Part shown: piece after piece, positions 8,145 to 16,898 of the stretch
How positions within the stretch are numbered: the first letter of the stretch is position 1
How the letters are laid out: every line of letters begins with the position of its first letter
Source of the DNA: a virus
DNA: 64,000 nucleotides
Direction: 5' to 3' (one strand)
Virus record (IMG/VR): IMGVR_UViG_3300011116_001253
Location: 3,734-67,733 of that record
The notes under the pieces: model-generated
What the model was told of the DNA's origin: nothing
Database searches by the model: none
Seen by the model: the letters and a program-made list of their open reading frames with translations, nothing else
Translations under genes and position numbers: made by a program

Positions 8145-10109
8145 ATGCCATTGCCACAACTACAATCAATTAATGAAGATTATGTTTTCATTTTAGAAAA
8201 ACAAAATTCTATTCTAGAAGCAAAGAGATCTGATTCTGATGATTATGTCTTAGAAGGTATTGCTGCTGTTTTCGGACAAGAAAACAATAACAATAGAATC
8301 TACGAAGAAAAAGAATATCTCCCACACTTAGAATACCTTAAAGAAAAAATCTCACAAAACAGATTGGTTGGTGAGTTAGATCATCCTGAGAAGTTTGATG
8401 TGTCTTTAAAGAACATCTCACACATCATAACCCATCTTGATTTTGATAGAGGTGATAGATTACTAAAGATAAAAGTAAGATTGCTCGACACACCAGCAGG
8501 AAAAATAGCAAAGAGCCTAGTAGATGCAGGTGTTCCACTTTCAATTTCATCTAGAGCAGCTGGATCGGTTGGACCTGATAAAAAGGTTCAAATTAAAAAA
8601 ATCTTTACTTATGATTTAGTAGCAGATCCAGGTTTTAAGGATGCACAACTTGAAAGAGTGTATGAAAGTCAAGGGTTTACAACTATCCAGATCGAAGAAA
8701 TGAAAAAAAATAGCATTTTAAACGGTCTAGAGTGTCTAAATGAATCATTAGGTATCGAAAATGAATCGACGTTAAAGATATATAAAGTCGAAAACGATCT
8801 AGAATTTCAAAAAATCGTAAATAAATCAGATAATAAAAATAAAACAGCCATTATGGAGAATAATGAATTTGTTACTGCAGAGGAACTAAATAAGTATTCA
8901 ATTTTCCTTAAAAAGGAAATGGACTCTTTGAAATCAGCCATCTCAGAAGTAAAGGAACAAAAAGCATCTTTGACTGAATCAGAGGAAGCTAACAGATCAA
9001 ATCAAGCGCTCGAAGAAAGAGTTGCTAAGTTGGAAAAATATTCAGAGTATTTAGCAGAGAATTTAGAGAATGCTGTTAAGTATGGTGAGTACTTAGCAGA
9101 AAACTTAGATAATTCTATCAACTACAGTAAATATCTAGCTGAAAATTTAGATAAGAATATTTCATATTCTAAATATTTAGCTGAAAATGTTGACAAGTCT
9201 ATTACATATTCAGAATATGTTGCAGAAAGCGTTGATAAGAACATCGAATATTCTAAATATTTAGCTGAAAAGTTAGATCAAAATATACAGTATTCTGAAT
9301 ACTTAGCAGAAAATGTAGATCACTCAATTAACTATTCTGAATATCTAGCAGAAAATCTCGATAAAGGTATTGCTTACACTGAATATGTAGCTGAAAAGTT
9401 AAACGATGGTATCGAATATTCAGAATATCTTGCTGAAAATGTTAATAAAGGAATTCAGTATTCAGAGTATCTAGCTGAAAATATCAACAAAGGAGTTGAT
9501 TTCACTGAAAATCTTTCAGAAAAGCTTAATAAATCTATTTCTTATAGTGAATATATAGCTGAATCAGTTTCTAATAAATTGCCAGCTGATCCTAGTACAG
9601 TATTAAGAGAAAGTGTGAATACATCTGCAGTTGCAGGTCTAAATGAATCTGGCTTCGCTGGAAATTATGAAGATCTAACATCAAGGATTGATTCACTCAT
9701 TGAATCGGTTAAAACCCAAAAAACCGAGTCTAATATCACCGAGGCTATGAAAACCGTAGCACCAGCCAAAACACAAAAGGCAGAAGAAGTTCTTAACGAG
9801 AACGAAAACATCAACAAAACAGGACTCAAATTTATCGATGAGATGCCTGAAGATTATGCTCCAGTTTGGGAATCTTTAAATGAAGGACAAAAGCAATCAA
9901 TCATTGCTCAATCAAACTTCTACAGATTAGATACACCTTACCAGATCAAAAATTTCTGGCAAACACGTCAATTAGGTTCTAAATCTGTTGGAGTACAGAA
10001 ACTCGACGAGAACGAAAACGTTGCTCAAACTACAAAAACACAAGCTTATGGTTCAGATTATATGAACTATATAGCTAGTACGTTAGAGCAAAAGTTCCAA
10101 AGACGATAA
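8145..10109 (+). CDS. Prohead core protease (T4 gp21-like) fused to a scaffold (gp22-like) domain
   Basis: LEGIAA...NNNNRIY, GELDHP (His), SISSRAAG (Ser) and TYDLVADPGF are gp21 motifs. The C-terminal part is coiled-coil/repeat. Immediately upstream of the capsid gene. Confidence 0.88.
   Translation: MPLPQLQSINEDYVFILEKQNSILEAKRSDSDDYVLEGIAAVFGQENNNNRIYEEKEYLPHLEYLKEKISQNRLVGELDHPEKFDVSLKNISHIITHLDFDRGDRLLKIKVRLLDTPAGKIAKSLVDAGVPLSISSRAAGSVGPDKKVQIKKIFTYDLVADPGFKDAQLERVYESQGFTTIQIEEMKKNSILNGLECLNESLGIENESTLKIYKVENDLEFQKIVNKSDNKNKTAIMENNEFVTAEELNKYSIFLKKEMDSLKSAISEVKEQKASLTESEEANRSNQALEERVAKLEKYSEYLAENLENAVKYGEYLAENLDNSINYSKYLAENLDKNISYSKYLAENVDKSITYSEYVAESVDKNIEYSKYLAEKLDQNIQYSEYLAENVDHSINYSEYLAENLDKGIAYTEYVAEKLNDGIEYSEYLAENVNKGIQYSEYLAENINKGVDFTENLSEKLNKSISYSEYIAESVSNKLPADPSTVLRESVNTSAVAGLNESGFAGNYEDLTSRIDSLIESVKTQKTESNITEAMKTVAPAKTQKAEEVLNENENINKTGLKFIDEMPEDYAPVWESLNEGQKQSIIAQSNFYRLDTPYQIKNFWQTRQLGSKSVGVQKLDENENVAQTTKTQAYGSDYMNYIASTLEQKFQRR
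8853..10109 (+). CDS. Putative nested in-frame scaffold protein (MENNEFVTAEE...)
   Basis: In-frame ATG preceded by A-rich TAATAAAAATAAAACAGCCATT and an internal GATATATA at 8777-8784. Confidence 0.5.
   Translation: MENNEFVTAEELNKYSIFLKKEMDSLKSAISEVKEQKASLTESEEANRSNQALEERVAKLEKYSEYLAENLENAVKYGEYLAENLDNSINYSKYLAENLDKNISYSKYLAENVDKSITYSEYVAESVDKNIEYSKYLAEKLDQNIQYSEYLAENVDHSINYSEYLAENLDKGIAYTEYVAEKLNDGIEYSEYLAENVNKGIQYSEYLAENINKGVDFTENLSEKLNKSISYSEYIAESVSNKLPADPSTVLRESVNTSAVAGLNESGFAGNYEDLTSRIDSLIESVKTQKTESNITEAMKTVAPAKTQKAEEVLNENENINKTGLKFIDEMPEDYAPVWESLNEGQKQSIIAQSNFYRLDTPYQIKNFWQTRQLGSKSVGVQKLDENENVAQTTKTQAYGSDYMNYIASTLEQKFQRR
9036..9581 (+). repeat. 13 tandem 42-bp / 14-aa coding repeats (consensus xYSEYLAENLDKxI) in the scaffold
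   Basis: Counted in the translation from KYSEYLAENLENAV to SYSEYIAESVSNKL. Confidence 0.9.
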
Positions 10110-10134
10110 AAAATAAAAAAAATAATCACAAATC

Positions 10135-11856
10135 ATGAAATTGATTAACGAAAATGAAATCTATGAAACCTGGTCTCCGATTATCGAGAGCAAAGCTGGT
10201 ATCACAGATGAAAGCAAAAAAGGATGGTTGACTAAATATTGTCACTATCACTCATTAAACGAATCTGCCGGTGCATATAACTCTTTAGGAGTTGTTAACG
10301 GTATGGGTACTGTAGCGCCACCTGCATTCCCTGGAGCTTCTTATCCTGGAGGTGCATATTCAAGTGGTGCTAACGCTGGTTTCTATAACAACACTTGGCA
10401 AGGTTCAGGCGATAAATTCCCTTCACTTCTTCCATTAGCTATTCAAGTAGCTGCGAAGACTATCGGTTTTGATATCGTTCCTGTTATCCCTATGTCTGGT
10501 CCAACTGGTATCTTATCTTACTTAGATTATGTATACGCAGGTGGTAAAATTGGAGCTGCTTCTGCAAGCTCAGCTGCTGATCAGTTAGCTTCTGCTCCTT
10601 CAATGATTAAATTCCCAGTTTACCAATCAGCATCTGGAACAGGTGTTACTGGTGCTACTGCTGGAACTTTCTCTGTTGGTGCTACTGCTTCTATTGGTAA
10701 CACTTTACTTTTAGAATTCGTAGGTTTATCAAGAATTGACGGATTCCCTATCTTCGAAATCACGGGTATCGCTGCAAGTTTTAACGTTGCTTCTTATATT
10801 AACGGTACTCCTGCACAAGTAGTTACTGGAAGTGGTGGTTCTGGTTTCTATACTGGTGCTTCTACTGTTAACTATTCTGCACAGTTAGTTAAAGCTTTAG
10901 AAGATCACATCCAAGGATTCTCTGGTGCTGGTTTCAACAACGACCAACAATGGCAAGGTCCTTACGTAGATGGTACTAGGACTTACAACCCTATGTTAAG
11001 AGGAGTAGCTGAATCTACCTACTACAACTCAATGGGTCTTTCGACTTTCACTAAGTTCGTAGAAGCTGAAACTTTCCAAGTTGCTGCATCAGTTACAACT
11101 GAGCAAATCCAAGATTTAAACAAGCAATTCGGTATTGATGTTATCTCAATGATCGAGAACGCATTAGTTAACGAGGTTTCTCAAGCAATTAACAAGCACA
11201 TTCTTGCTAGAACATTTGCTTTAGGTTGGTCTAACCACGTACAATTCAATAACGTAGAAAACCAAAACCTTAACTTAAACCTAATTATTGGTGGTGGTTC
11301 TGGTACAACTTTAGCTTACGTAAATAAAGAAGATGCTACAAGATCTATGACTATCCCTGCAGGTCCTGCATCAGGTGGATATGAGAACTTATCAACTTTA
11401 CAAAGAAGATTATTCTCAAGAATCCTTGCAGCTGCTAACGTGGTAGCTAACAGAGGTAGAAGAGGTCCTGCTAACTTCATCGTTACTAACGCTGCAGTAG
11501 CAAGTGCACTTCAAGATATCTCTCAGTTCACTTTCGCTCCATTCTCTAATACTTTAACTCAAAACAATGGTACTTTATACCCTGTAGGTTCACTTGCTGG
11601 TATGACTGTATATGTTGATCAAAATATGAACTATAATGATACTAGAGTTTGTGTTGGTAGAAAAGGTGGTGATGATGAGCCTGGAATTAAATTCATGCCT
11701 TATATGATGGCTGAATCTATTCAGACTATCTCTGAAGGTACAATGTCACCTAAGATCGCAGTAAAATCTAGATATGCTTTAGTAGAAGCTGGTTTCTTAC
11801 CAGAGTCTATGTACTTAACATTCTTTGTTAACGTACCAGCTGGTGGATTAGCTTAA
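10135..11856 (+). CDS. Major capsid protein (T4 gp23-like)
   Basis: WSPIIE N-terminus, VIPMSGPTG, TTEQIQDL, RGRRGPANFIVT, FMPY and KSRYAL are gp23-family motifs. Follows the protease/scaffold gene and precedes a strong terminator. Confidence 0.92.
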   Translation: MKLINENEIYETWSPIIESKAGITDESKKGWLTKYCHYHSLNESAGAYNSLGVVNGMGTVAPPAFPGASYPGGAYSSGANAGFYNNTWQGSGDKFPSLLPLAIQVAAKTIGFDIVPVIPMSGPTGILSYLDYVYAGGKIGAASASSAADQLASAPSMIKFPVYQSASGTGVTGATAGTFSVGATASIGNTLLLEFVGLSRIDGFPIFEITGIAASFNVASYINGTPAQVVTGSGGSGFYTGASTVNYSAQLVKALEDHIQGFSGAGFNNDQQWQGPYVDGTRTYNPMLRGVAESTYYNSMGLSTFTKFVEAETFQVAASVTTEQIQDLNKQFGIDVISMIENALVNEVSQAINKHILARTFALGWSNHVQFNNVENQNLNLNLIIGGGSGTTLAYVNKEDATRSMTIPAGPASGGYENLSTLQRRLFSRILAAANVVANRGRRGPANFIVTNAAVASALQDISQFTFAPFSNTLTQNNGTLYPVGSLAGMTVYVDQNMNYNDTRVCVGRKGGDDEPGIKFMPYMMAESIQTISEGTMSPKIAVKSRYALVEAGFLPESMYLTFFVNVPAGGLA

Positions 11857-11876
11857 TCTTATAATAACATAATAAT

Positions 11877-11906
11877 AAAAGTCCTAGGGAAACCTAGGAC
11901 TTTTTT
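11877..11906 (+). terminator. Rho-independent terminator after the major capsid gene
   Basis: AAAAGTCCTAGG-GAAA-CCTAGGACTTTT followed by further Ts. Confidence 0.9.
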
Positions 11907-11958
11907 ATGTTTGAACCCTAACAATTTAAGTTTATGTAGAATAAAGTTTCTATTTAGG

Positions 11959-11966
11959 GATATATA
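11959..11966 (+). promoter_or_regulatory. Late promoter box GATATATA
   Basis: Intergenic, upstream of ATG 11990. Confidence 0.65.
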
Positions 11967-11989
11967 GATAATAAAAATGAACTGTTCCA

Positions 11990-13144
11990 ATGAAAAATTT
12001 ACCTTCATTTAAAGATTTTAGTAATTATGATTCGCTTTTAGAATCAGCCTCAGCCGAAGAAATGAATATTCTGAATGAACTTGAAACTGCAAACCCTCTG
12101 CATACACTGAACGAGGGACAAATTTTAGATTCAATTAAGAATAAACTTTCTAAATTTTTTCTTGGCAAATTTTCAAAGCTTAGCGTTTTGGACCATGCTA
12201 GAAAAGTTTTAGTTGATCTTGAGATCGATCTTATAGAAAAAAGATATGAATACGAGGACTCCGTTTCTGAGATAGAATCACAAATAGATTCATTAGGAAT
12301 GGGTGTTGATAAACAGAAATCTCTTGCTCTCAGAAAAGATCGAGATAATAAGATCAAGGAGTTTGAAAATTACGAAAAGGCTTCAAAACTTAAAATGAAA
12401 AAAGCTTTAGAGGTGATAAGAGATATCATAGATGGCGATTCTAGAAAGAGAAAATATTATGAAGCAGGAAAATCTGAAGATGAAATAGGATTGGCCGAAC
12501 TTAAATATAAACTGGCTAAAGAAAGATCTGATGACAAGCAGATTAAAAGATATGAAGAAGACATCAGAAAAGCCAAGGAAGAAGCTGAAGAAAAAGCAAA
12601 ATCTCTTAAATCTGAAGTTGAAAATAAAGAATCTGCAGAAAAGGACAGAAAAGATAAAGATGTTAAGCAGGAACAAAAAATTCTAATTGATCCAGAAAAA
12701 GAGAAGAAAAAAATATCAAGCAGAAGAGGAAAGGATATTATCGAAAGAAAAAGACAGCTAGAAAACAGTATAGTTGATCTAAAAGCAGATATGGAAAGAA
12801 TGCTAAATAGAATAGAAAAGCATTTGAAATCTGGAAAGAAAATCTCAAAATCATATCTGGACACCAGAAAGATTAAACTTCTTTCGATGGCAACTTCAAT
12901 AGATTCACAAACAAATCTATTAAAAATCCTAAGAGATCTTGGCAAAACAGAAAGCGAGATAACAAAGAAATTATCTAAAGAGCATGAGTTCACTAAGTTA
13001 ACGAATATGATTAATCAGGGGATTTCAGAAGGTGGCGATCTTAAATCTGGATTGAAAAAAGCTATTTCTTCTGTTTTCGTTGGTCCTGAAGGAACAATAA
13101 GCCATGAAAAACTGAAGCAGGCAAAAGAAAAATTGAACAAATAA
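11990..13144 (+). CDS. Lys/Glu-rich coiled-coil protein, putative internal head protein
   Basis: N-terminal LPSFKDF...LLE...LNE motifs. Highly charged and helical. Confidence 0.55.
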   Translation: MKNLPSFKDFSNYDSLLESASAEEMNILNELETANPLHTLNEGQILDSIKNKLSKFFLGKFSKLSVLDHARKVLVDLEIDLIEKRYEYEDSVSEIESQIDSLGMGVDKQKSLALRKDRDNKIKEFENYEKASKLKMKKALEVIRDIIDGDSRKRKYYEAGKSEDEIGLAELKYKLAKERSDDKQIKRYEEDIRKAKEEAEEKAKSLKSEVENKESAEKDRKDKDVKQEQKILIDPEKEKKKISSRRGKDIIERKRQLENSIVDLKADMERMLNRIEKHLKSGKKISKSYLDTRKIKLLSMATSIDSQTNLLKILRDLGKTESEITKKLSKEHEFTKLTNMINQGISEGGDLKSGLKKAISSVFVGPEGTISHEKLKQAKEKLNK

Positions 13145-13145
13145 T

Positions 13146-14063
13146 ATGACTTTGAATTTTAAAGACTGGGAAAGCCTAAATGAGGCTAATATTTTTGATA
13201 AACTCAAGAATTTTTTAAGTGGAGCTTTCGGTGGTGATGTATCTAAATTAGATTCATTGGGAGAAGAATATAGATCTGCTGAGATGGATTATGTTGACGA
13301 ATGGGAATCTATACAGGAAGAAATTGATAAGCTTGAACTGGAAAGATCTCAAACGAAAGCAGATCCAGCTGAAATTAAAAAAATTGATAGACTCGTTCAG
13401 AGAAACAATCAGCTGCTCACTGCTCAGGAAAAAGCTCATGCGAAAAAAACAGATGATATTTTTGCTAAGGTTAAAAAGATAATCTCTGAAAATAGAAGAT
13501 TACGAATTTATTGGGAAAGACTCAAAAGTAAAATTGATGTAGAGATTACCCAAGACATGTATGAAAAGGCCAAAAAATTGGCAGATTCTTCTCTATCTGG
13601 TAATCTATACGGTAAATACAAAGATGCTCTTTTGAAATCTAAGCAGAAGGACGAAGAATTCAGGGAGAAATATGGTAATCTAATGACGAGAGAAATTCAA
13701 GTCAGGTCAAAATCATCAAAATATGATGATTTCGATATTGACTCTTCTGAACCCGAAATTAAATTTAAAACATCTTTCTCTTATCTCGCGAATCTTCCTA
13801 TTTCTGAATTTTCAAAGGAAATAAAAGACCTGGATAGAAAAGAAGCTAAAAGCCTATTGTCTTATTTGATAAAAGAAAGAAATGAAAGATATGTTGCAAT
13901 GGATCTAGAAAAAGATGCTCTTAATAAATTCGTTACTAAAGCATCTGATAAGACAAAAGCAAGAGATATAGCGGAAGATAAGGCAAAAGATATCAGAGCT
14001 AAATATATGGGTGAAATAAGAGACCTAAGATCAAAAATCACTTTGACTAGAAAATATGCTTAA
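13146..14063 (+). CDS. Coiled-coil putative internal head protein, paralogue of the upstream gene
   Basis: Starts MTLNFKDWESLNE. LNEANIFDKLKNFLSGAFGG aligns with LNEGQILDSIKNKLSKFFLG. Confidence 0.55.
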   Translation: MTLNFKDWESLNEANIFDKLKNFLSGAFGGDVSKLDSLGEEYRSAEMDYVDEWESIQEEIDKLELERSQTKADPAEIKKIDRLVQRNNQLLTAQEKAHAKKTDDIFAKVKKIISENRRLRIYWERLKSKIDVEITQDMYEKAKKLADSSLSGNLYGKYKDALLKSKQKDEEFREKYGNLMTREIQVRSKSSKYDDFDIDSSEPEIKFKTSFSYLANLPISEFSKEIKDLDRKEAKSLLSYLIKERNERYVAMDLEKDALNKFVTKASDKTKARDIAEDKAKDIRAKYMGEIRDLRSKITLTRKYA

Positions 14064-14307
14064 CTTTAAAGACTTTAAGTTGCAAGAGGCAGAAACCCCT
14101 TTAACAACAATACAAAAACTTAAAACTCAAATCTCTGAGAAATTTGATGCTATTACAGTAGCAAAAAAAGAGAAAAAACCAGGAGACATGAACTCTGAAG
14201 TAAACAGCATTATAAAACAATCTGCTCTATATTCAGAGATATCAGCTCTTATGAAGAATCTAGCTACTGAAATTAAAGCAAGCGGAAAAAGCGAAAATAT
14301 ATACTAA
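14056..14307 (+). CDS. Small putative internal head protein
   Basis: N-terminus MLNFKDFKLQE. Overlaps the upstream stop codon. Confidence 0.55.
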   Translation: MLNFKDFKLQEAETPLTTIQKLKTQISEKFDAITVAKKEKKPGDMNSEVNSIIKQSALYSEISALMKNLATEIKASGKSENIY

Positions 14308-14309
14308 TC

Positions 14310-16793
14310 ATGAATAAAAATCCATACATCCATAACCCGGTAGCAAGAATTTTTTTCAATGAATATACTGATAAGATATTCGAGAATGAAAACGTTGATG
14401 ATCTATTGGTTAAAATAGCAGATAATGCTCTTAACTGTTTCAAAATAGTAACATTCGATTTAGCTCCAAAAAGAGATAGAAACCCAGATGTTATTAGGGT
14501 TAAACTATCAGATGTCACTAACTCTAAAACCATCAAAGAGATGACATCAAAGCTTCTTGATTATTCTGACGATAACGACTTGGGAAACTCTAAGTTTTAC
14601 GAAGCAAAAAAATTATATTTAGATTCTCTCAAGAAATTTGCTGAAGCATTAAATAGAACCTCAGAGATCTCTAAAGCAAAGGATGAAGTTGCGATAAAGC
14701 AGTTTAAACTTGCTGCTGAAAAACTCATGAATTCTATAGATAATATAGCAAAACAGGCAAAAGAAGAGGAGAAAAAAGCCAATGAAAATTTGGATCTATA
14801 TTTCTTCGATGATCATATCAACGAGTCGATTTTTACTGGATATAAAGATAGATTAAAGGATTTGAAAAAATTACTTACTAATCTTAAAACTTCATCAGAG
14901 GGTAAAGGACAGAAGAACGGATACGGCAAAGACTGGAAAAGCGTTTTCATCGAACTTGATGAAAAAAGAAAAGCTTTAGACGTAAATGAGGGAGGTGAAA
15001 AAAATAGAAAACTTCTAGAAGAACTAGAAAAACAAGTTTCTAAATACCAAACAGAGTTTAATGATGCTCTGATTAAAACTACAAACAGAGCTCTTCAGAA
15101 ATTGGAGGCTGATGAGGAAATATACACCACATATTCAGATGTAACAAATCTTGTAAGTCAAGCCTTGGAGTTCTTAACTAGAGCTAAAACCCAATACTCG
15201 ATTGCAGTAAAGGACATCAAAGATGAGAATGAGATCAAAGAGACTGAAATTGCTAAAACCCTTTTTCCTCTTAAAAGAGGAGACACCGATTCTGATAAGA
15301 AGATAAAAAACAGTGAATTGATTTTTGCTATTCAAAAAGCATTTGTTGATGGAATACCATCTGCAGGAAAACTCCTGAAATCAAAAGGTGGTCCAAACGG
15401 AAAATATGGACCAGCAACAACTTCTATAGTGGCAACGCTTCAGAAAATCACCGGAAATAAAAATCAGAATGGTGAATTAGACAGAACCCTTTTAGGTGAT
15501 ATAATTTCTTCGGATTGGGTTTCTGCTGAGAATAAGAAAAAAATCCAATTGGCATTAGAAGTAATTAAATCAAAAACCAATGAAAATTACAACTATCTTT
15601 ACACTGAAAAAATATTCGAAGGAAAGATTCAAATAAATCAATCTGAATTTGAATCAGAGTTAGGTAAAAAATTCGAAGAAATAAAATCAGTATCTGTTGA
15701 TAGAGCCAAAGGTGAAGATGTCAGTCATAAACCAGGATCTTCTGGAGGAGTTGATAAGTTAGCCAAAAAACTTAGAGAAATTTATAGCATTAAAGTCGAG
15801 GGCGAAAATTTCACTAAGACTGACGGTATGTTAAAATCATCATACACCACACAATTTATAAAAGACTGGAATTCTGCTTTAGAAAAAGTTTCTTCTGAAG
15901 ACCCTAAAGATTTTGGATATTTTTTCACTGATGGTGGAATTTATGATATAAATTTAGCATCGACCTCTTTGAAGAATGCCTGCAATTGGCCAAAGTGGAC
16001 ATCGTTTAGAAAAATAGAAAATCTTTCTGATGAGGATGCCGTAGATTTCTTGACCAACTACCTCAAAGGGTGGACAACATTTGGAATGGTGAGACCTAGC
16101 TTTAGATATGATGGTATTAAAAGCTTACAGAAATTAAACTCTGATAATGATTCTCTGGATCTATCTGGTCCCTATGAGATGATGGAAGGATCAATCCGTC
16201 ACAAGGAAATACCTTTTGTTGATTATGATACATTAAAGGGCGATATTTCAAAGGCATTTAATATTATTCTACAAAAATCTGAAAAATCACCAGATCTAGG
16301 CAAGGAGGAATTTGTTGCACTCAATAATTTTCTGATCATGATTGGTAATTGTGTTACGTTCAACGGTGAAAAGTTTATAAGCTGTGTTAAATGGATTGAT
16401 GATAACATAATTGGTGAATCTACTGCAAATAGAATTGTAAAGGACCAGATTTTAGGTGTGAATCTATTAGACGATTCTGACACCGGTAAATTATTAGGTT
16501 ATGAATCATCTAGAATTATCGTTGGTAGTTTTTCAGAGATCACTAAAAAGAACACTGCAAACAAAAGGAAAAAACAAATGTCTGACACTTTACCTGGTAT
16601 GAACATTTTGGCTAATATGAAGAAACAAGACGGTGAAGCCAGAGGAATAAAGGGCCTTTTGGCAGATACCTGCTACTATATAGCGGCAGATATTTATCCA
16701 AGTATAGAATCACATTTAAAAAGAATGAATGCTAGAACATTCGATCAGATTCCTCAAAAAGCACCTAATAAATGTGTGAATATTAACAAATAA
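14310..16793 (+). CDS. Large putative virion protein with internal peptidoglycan-binding-like domain
   Basis: LKRGD...IFAIQKAF...PNGKYGPATTSIVATLQ...NGELDRTL resembles PG_binding_1. IFE/INE motifs. AATATATA lies 6 nt upstream. Confidence 0.55.
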   Translation: MNKNPYIHNPVARIFFNEYTDKIFENENVDDLLVKIADNALNCFKIVTFDLAPKRDRNPDVIRVKLSDVTNSKTIKEMTSKLLDYSDDNDLGNSKFYEAKKLYLDSLKKFAEALNRTSEISKAKDEVAIKQFKLAAEKLMNSIDNIAKQAKEEEKKANENLDLYFFDDHINESIFTGYKDRLKDLKKLLTNLKTSSEGKGQKNGYGKDWKSVFIELDEKRKALDVNEGGEKNRKLLEELEKQVSKYQTEFNDALIKTTNRALQKLEADEEIYTTYSDVTNLVSQALEFLTRAKTQYSIAVKDIKDENEIKETEIAKTLFPLKRGDTDSDKKIKNSELIFAIQKAFVDGIPSAGKLLKSKGGPNGKYGPATTSIVATLQKITGNKNQNGELDRTLLGDIISSDWVSAENKKKIQLALEVIKSKTNENYNYLYTEKIFEGKIQINQSEFESELGKKFEEIKSVSVDRAKGEDVSHKPGSSGGVDKLAKKLREIYSIKVEGENFTKTDGMLKSSYTTQFIKDWNSALEKVSSEDPKDFGYFFTDGGIYDINLASTSLKNACNWPKWTSFRKIENLSDEDAVDFLTNYLKGWTTFGMVRPSFRYDGIKSLQKLNSDNDSLDLSGPYEMMEGSIRHKEIPFVDYDTLKGDISKAFNIILQKSEKSPDLGKEEFVALNNFLIMIGNCVTFNGEKFISCVKWIDDNIIGESTANRIVKDQILGVNLLDDSDTGKLLGYESSRIIVGSFSEITKKNTANKRKKQMSDTLPGMNILANMKKQDGEARGIKGLLADTCYYIAADIYPSIESHLKRMNARTFDQIPQKAPNKCVNINK

Positions 16794-16797
16794 ACCT

Positions 16798-16824
16798 AAA
16801 GGGATGATTACTCATCCCTTTTTT
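16798..16824 (+). terminator. Rho-independent terminator
   Basis: AAAGGGATGA-TTAC-TCATCCCTTT followed by TTT. Confidence 0.85.
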
Positions 16825-16852
16825 ATTGATGAAAATTTTAGAATTTTTGTTT

Positions 16853-16893
16853 TACATTTGCGTTCTGAAACAATATTATTCATTTAGATATAA
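16853..16893 (+). promoter_or_regulatory. Tandem promoter elements: TACATTTG (Bacteroidota -7 box) and GAAAC-N17-TATAA
   Basis: Both motifs recur elsewhere in the window. Located between the terminator and ATG 16899. Confidence 0.45.
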
Positions 16894-16898
16894 AAAAT

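Noticed and set aside
9036-9581. 42-bp periodic repeats as a CRISPR array
   Set aside because: They are in-frame coding repeats with synonymous variation and no unique spacers, and no cas genes are present.
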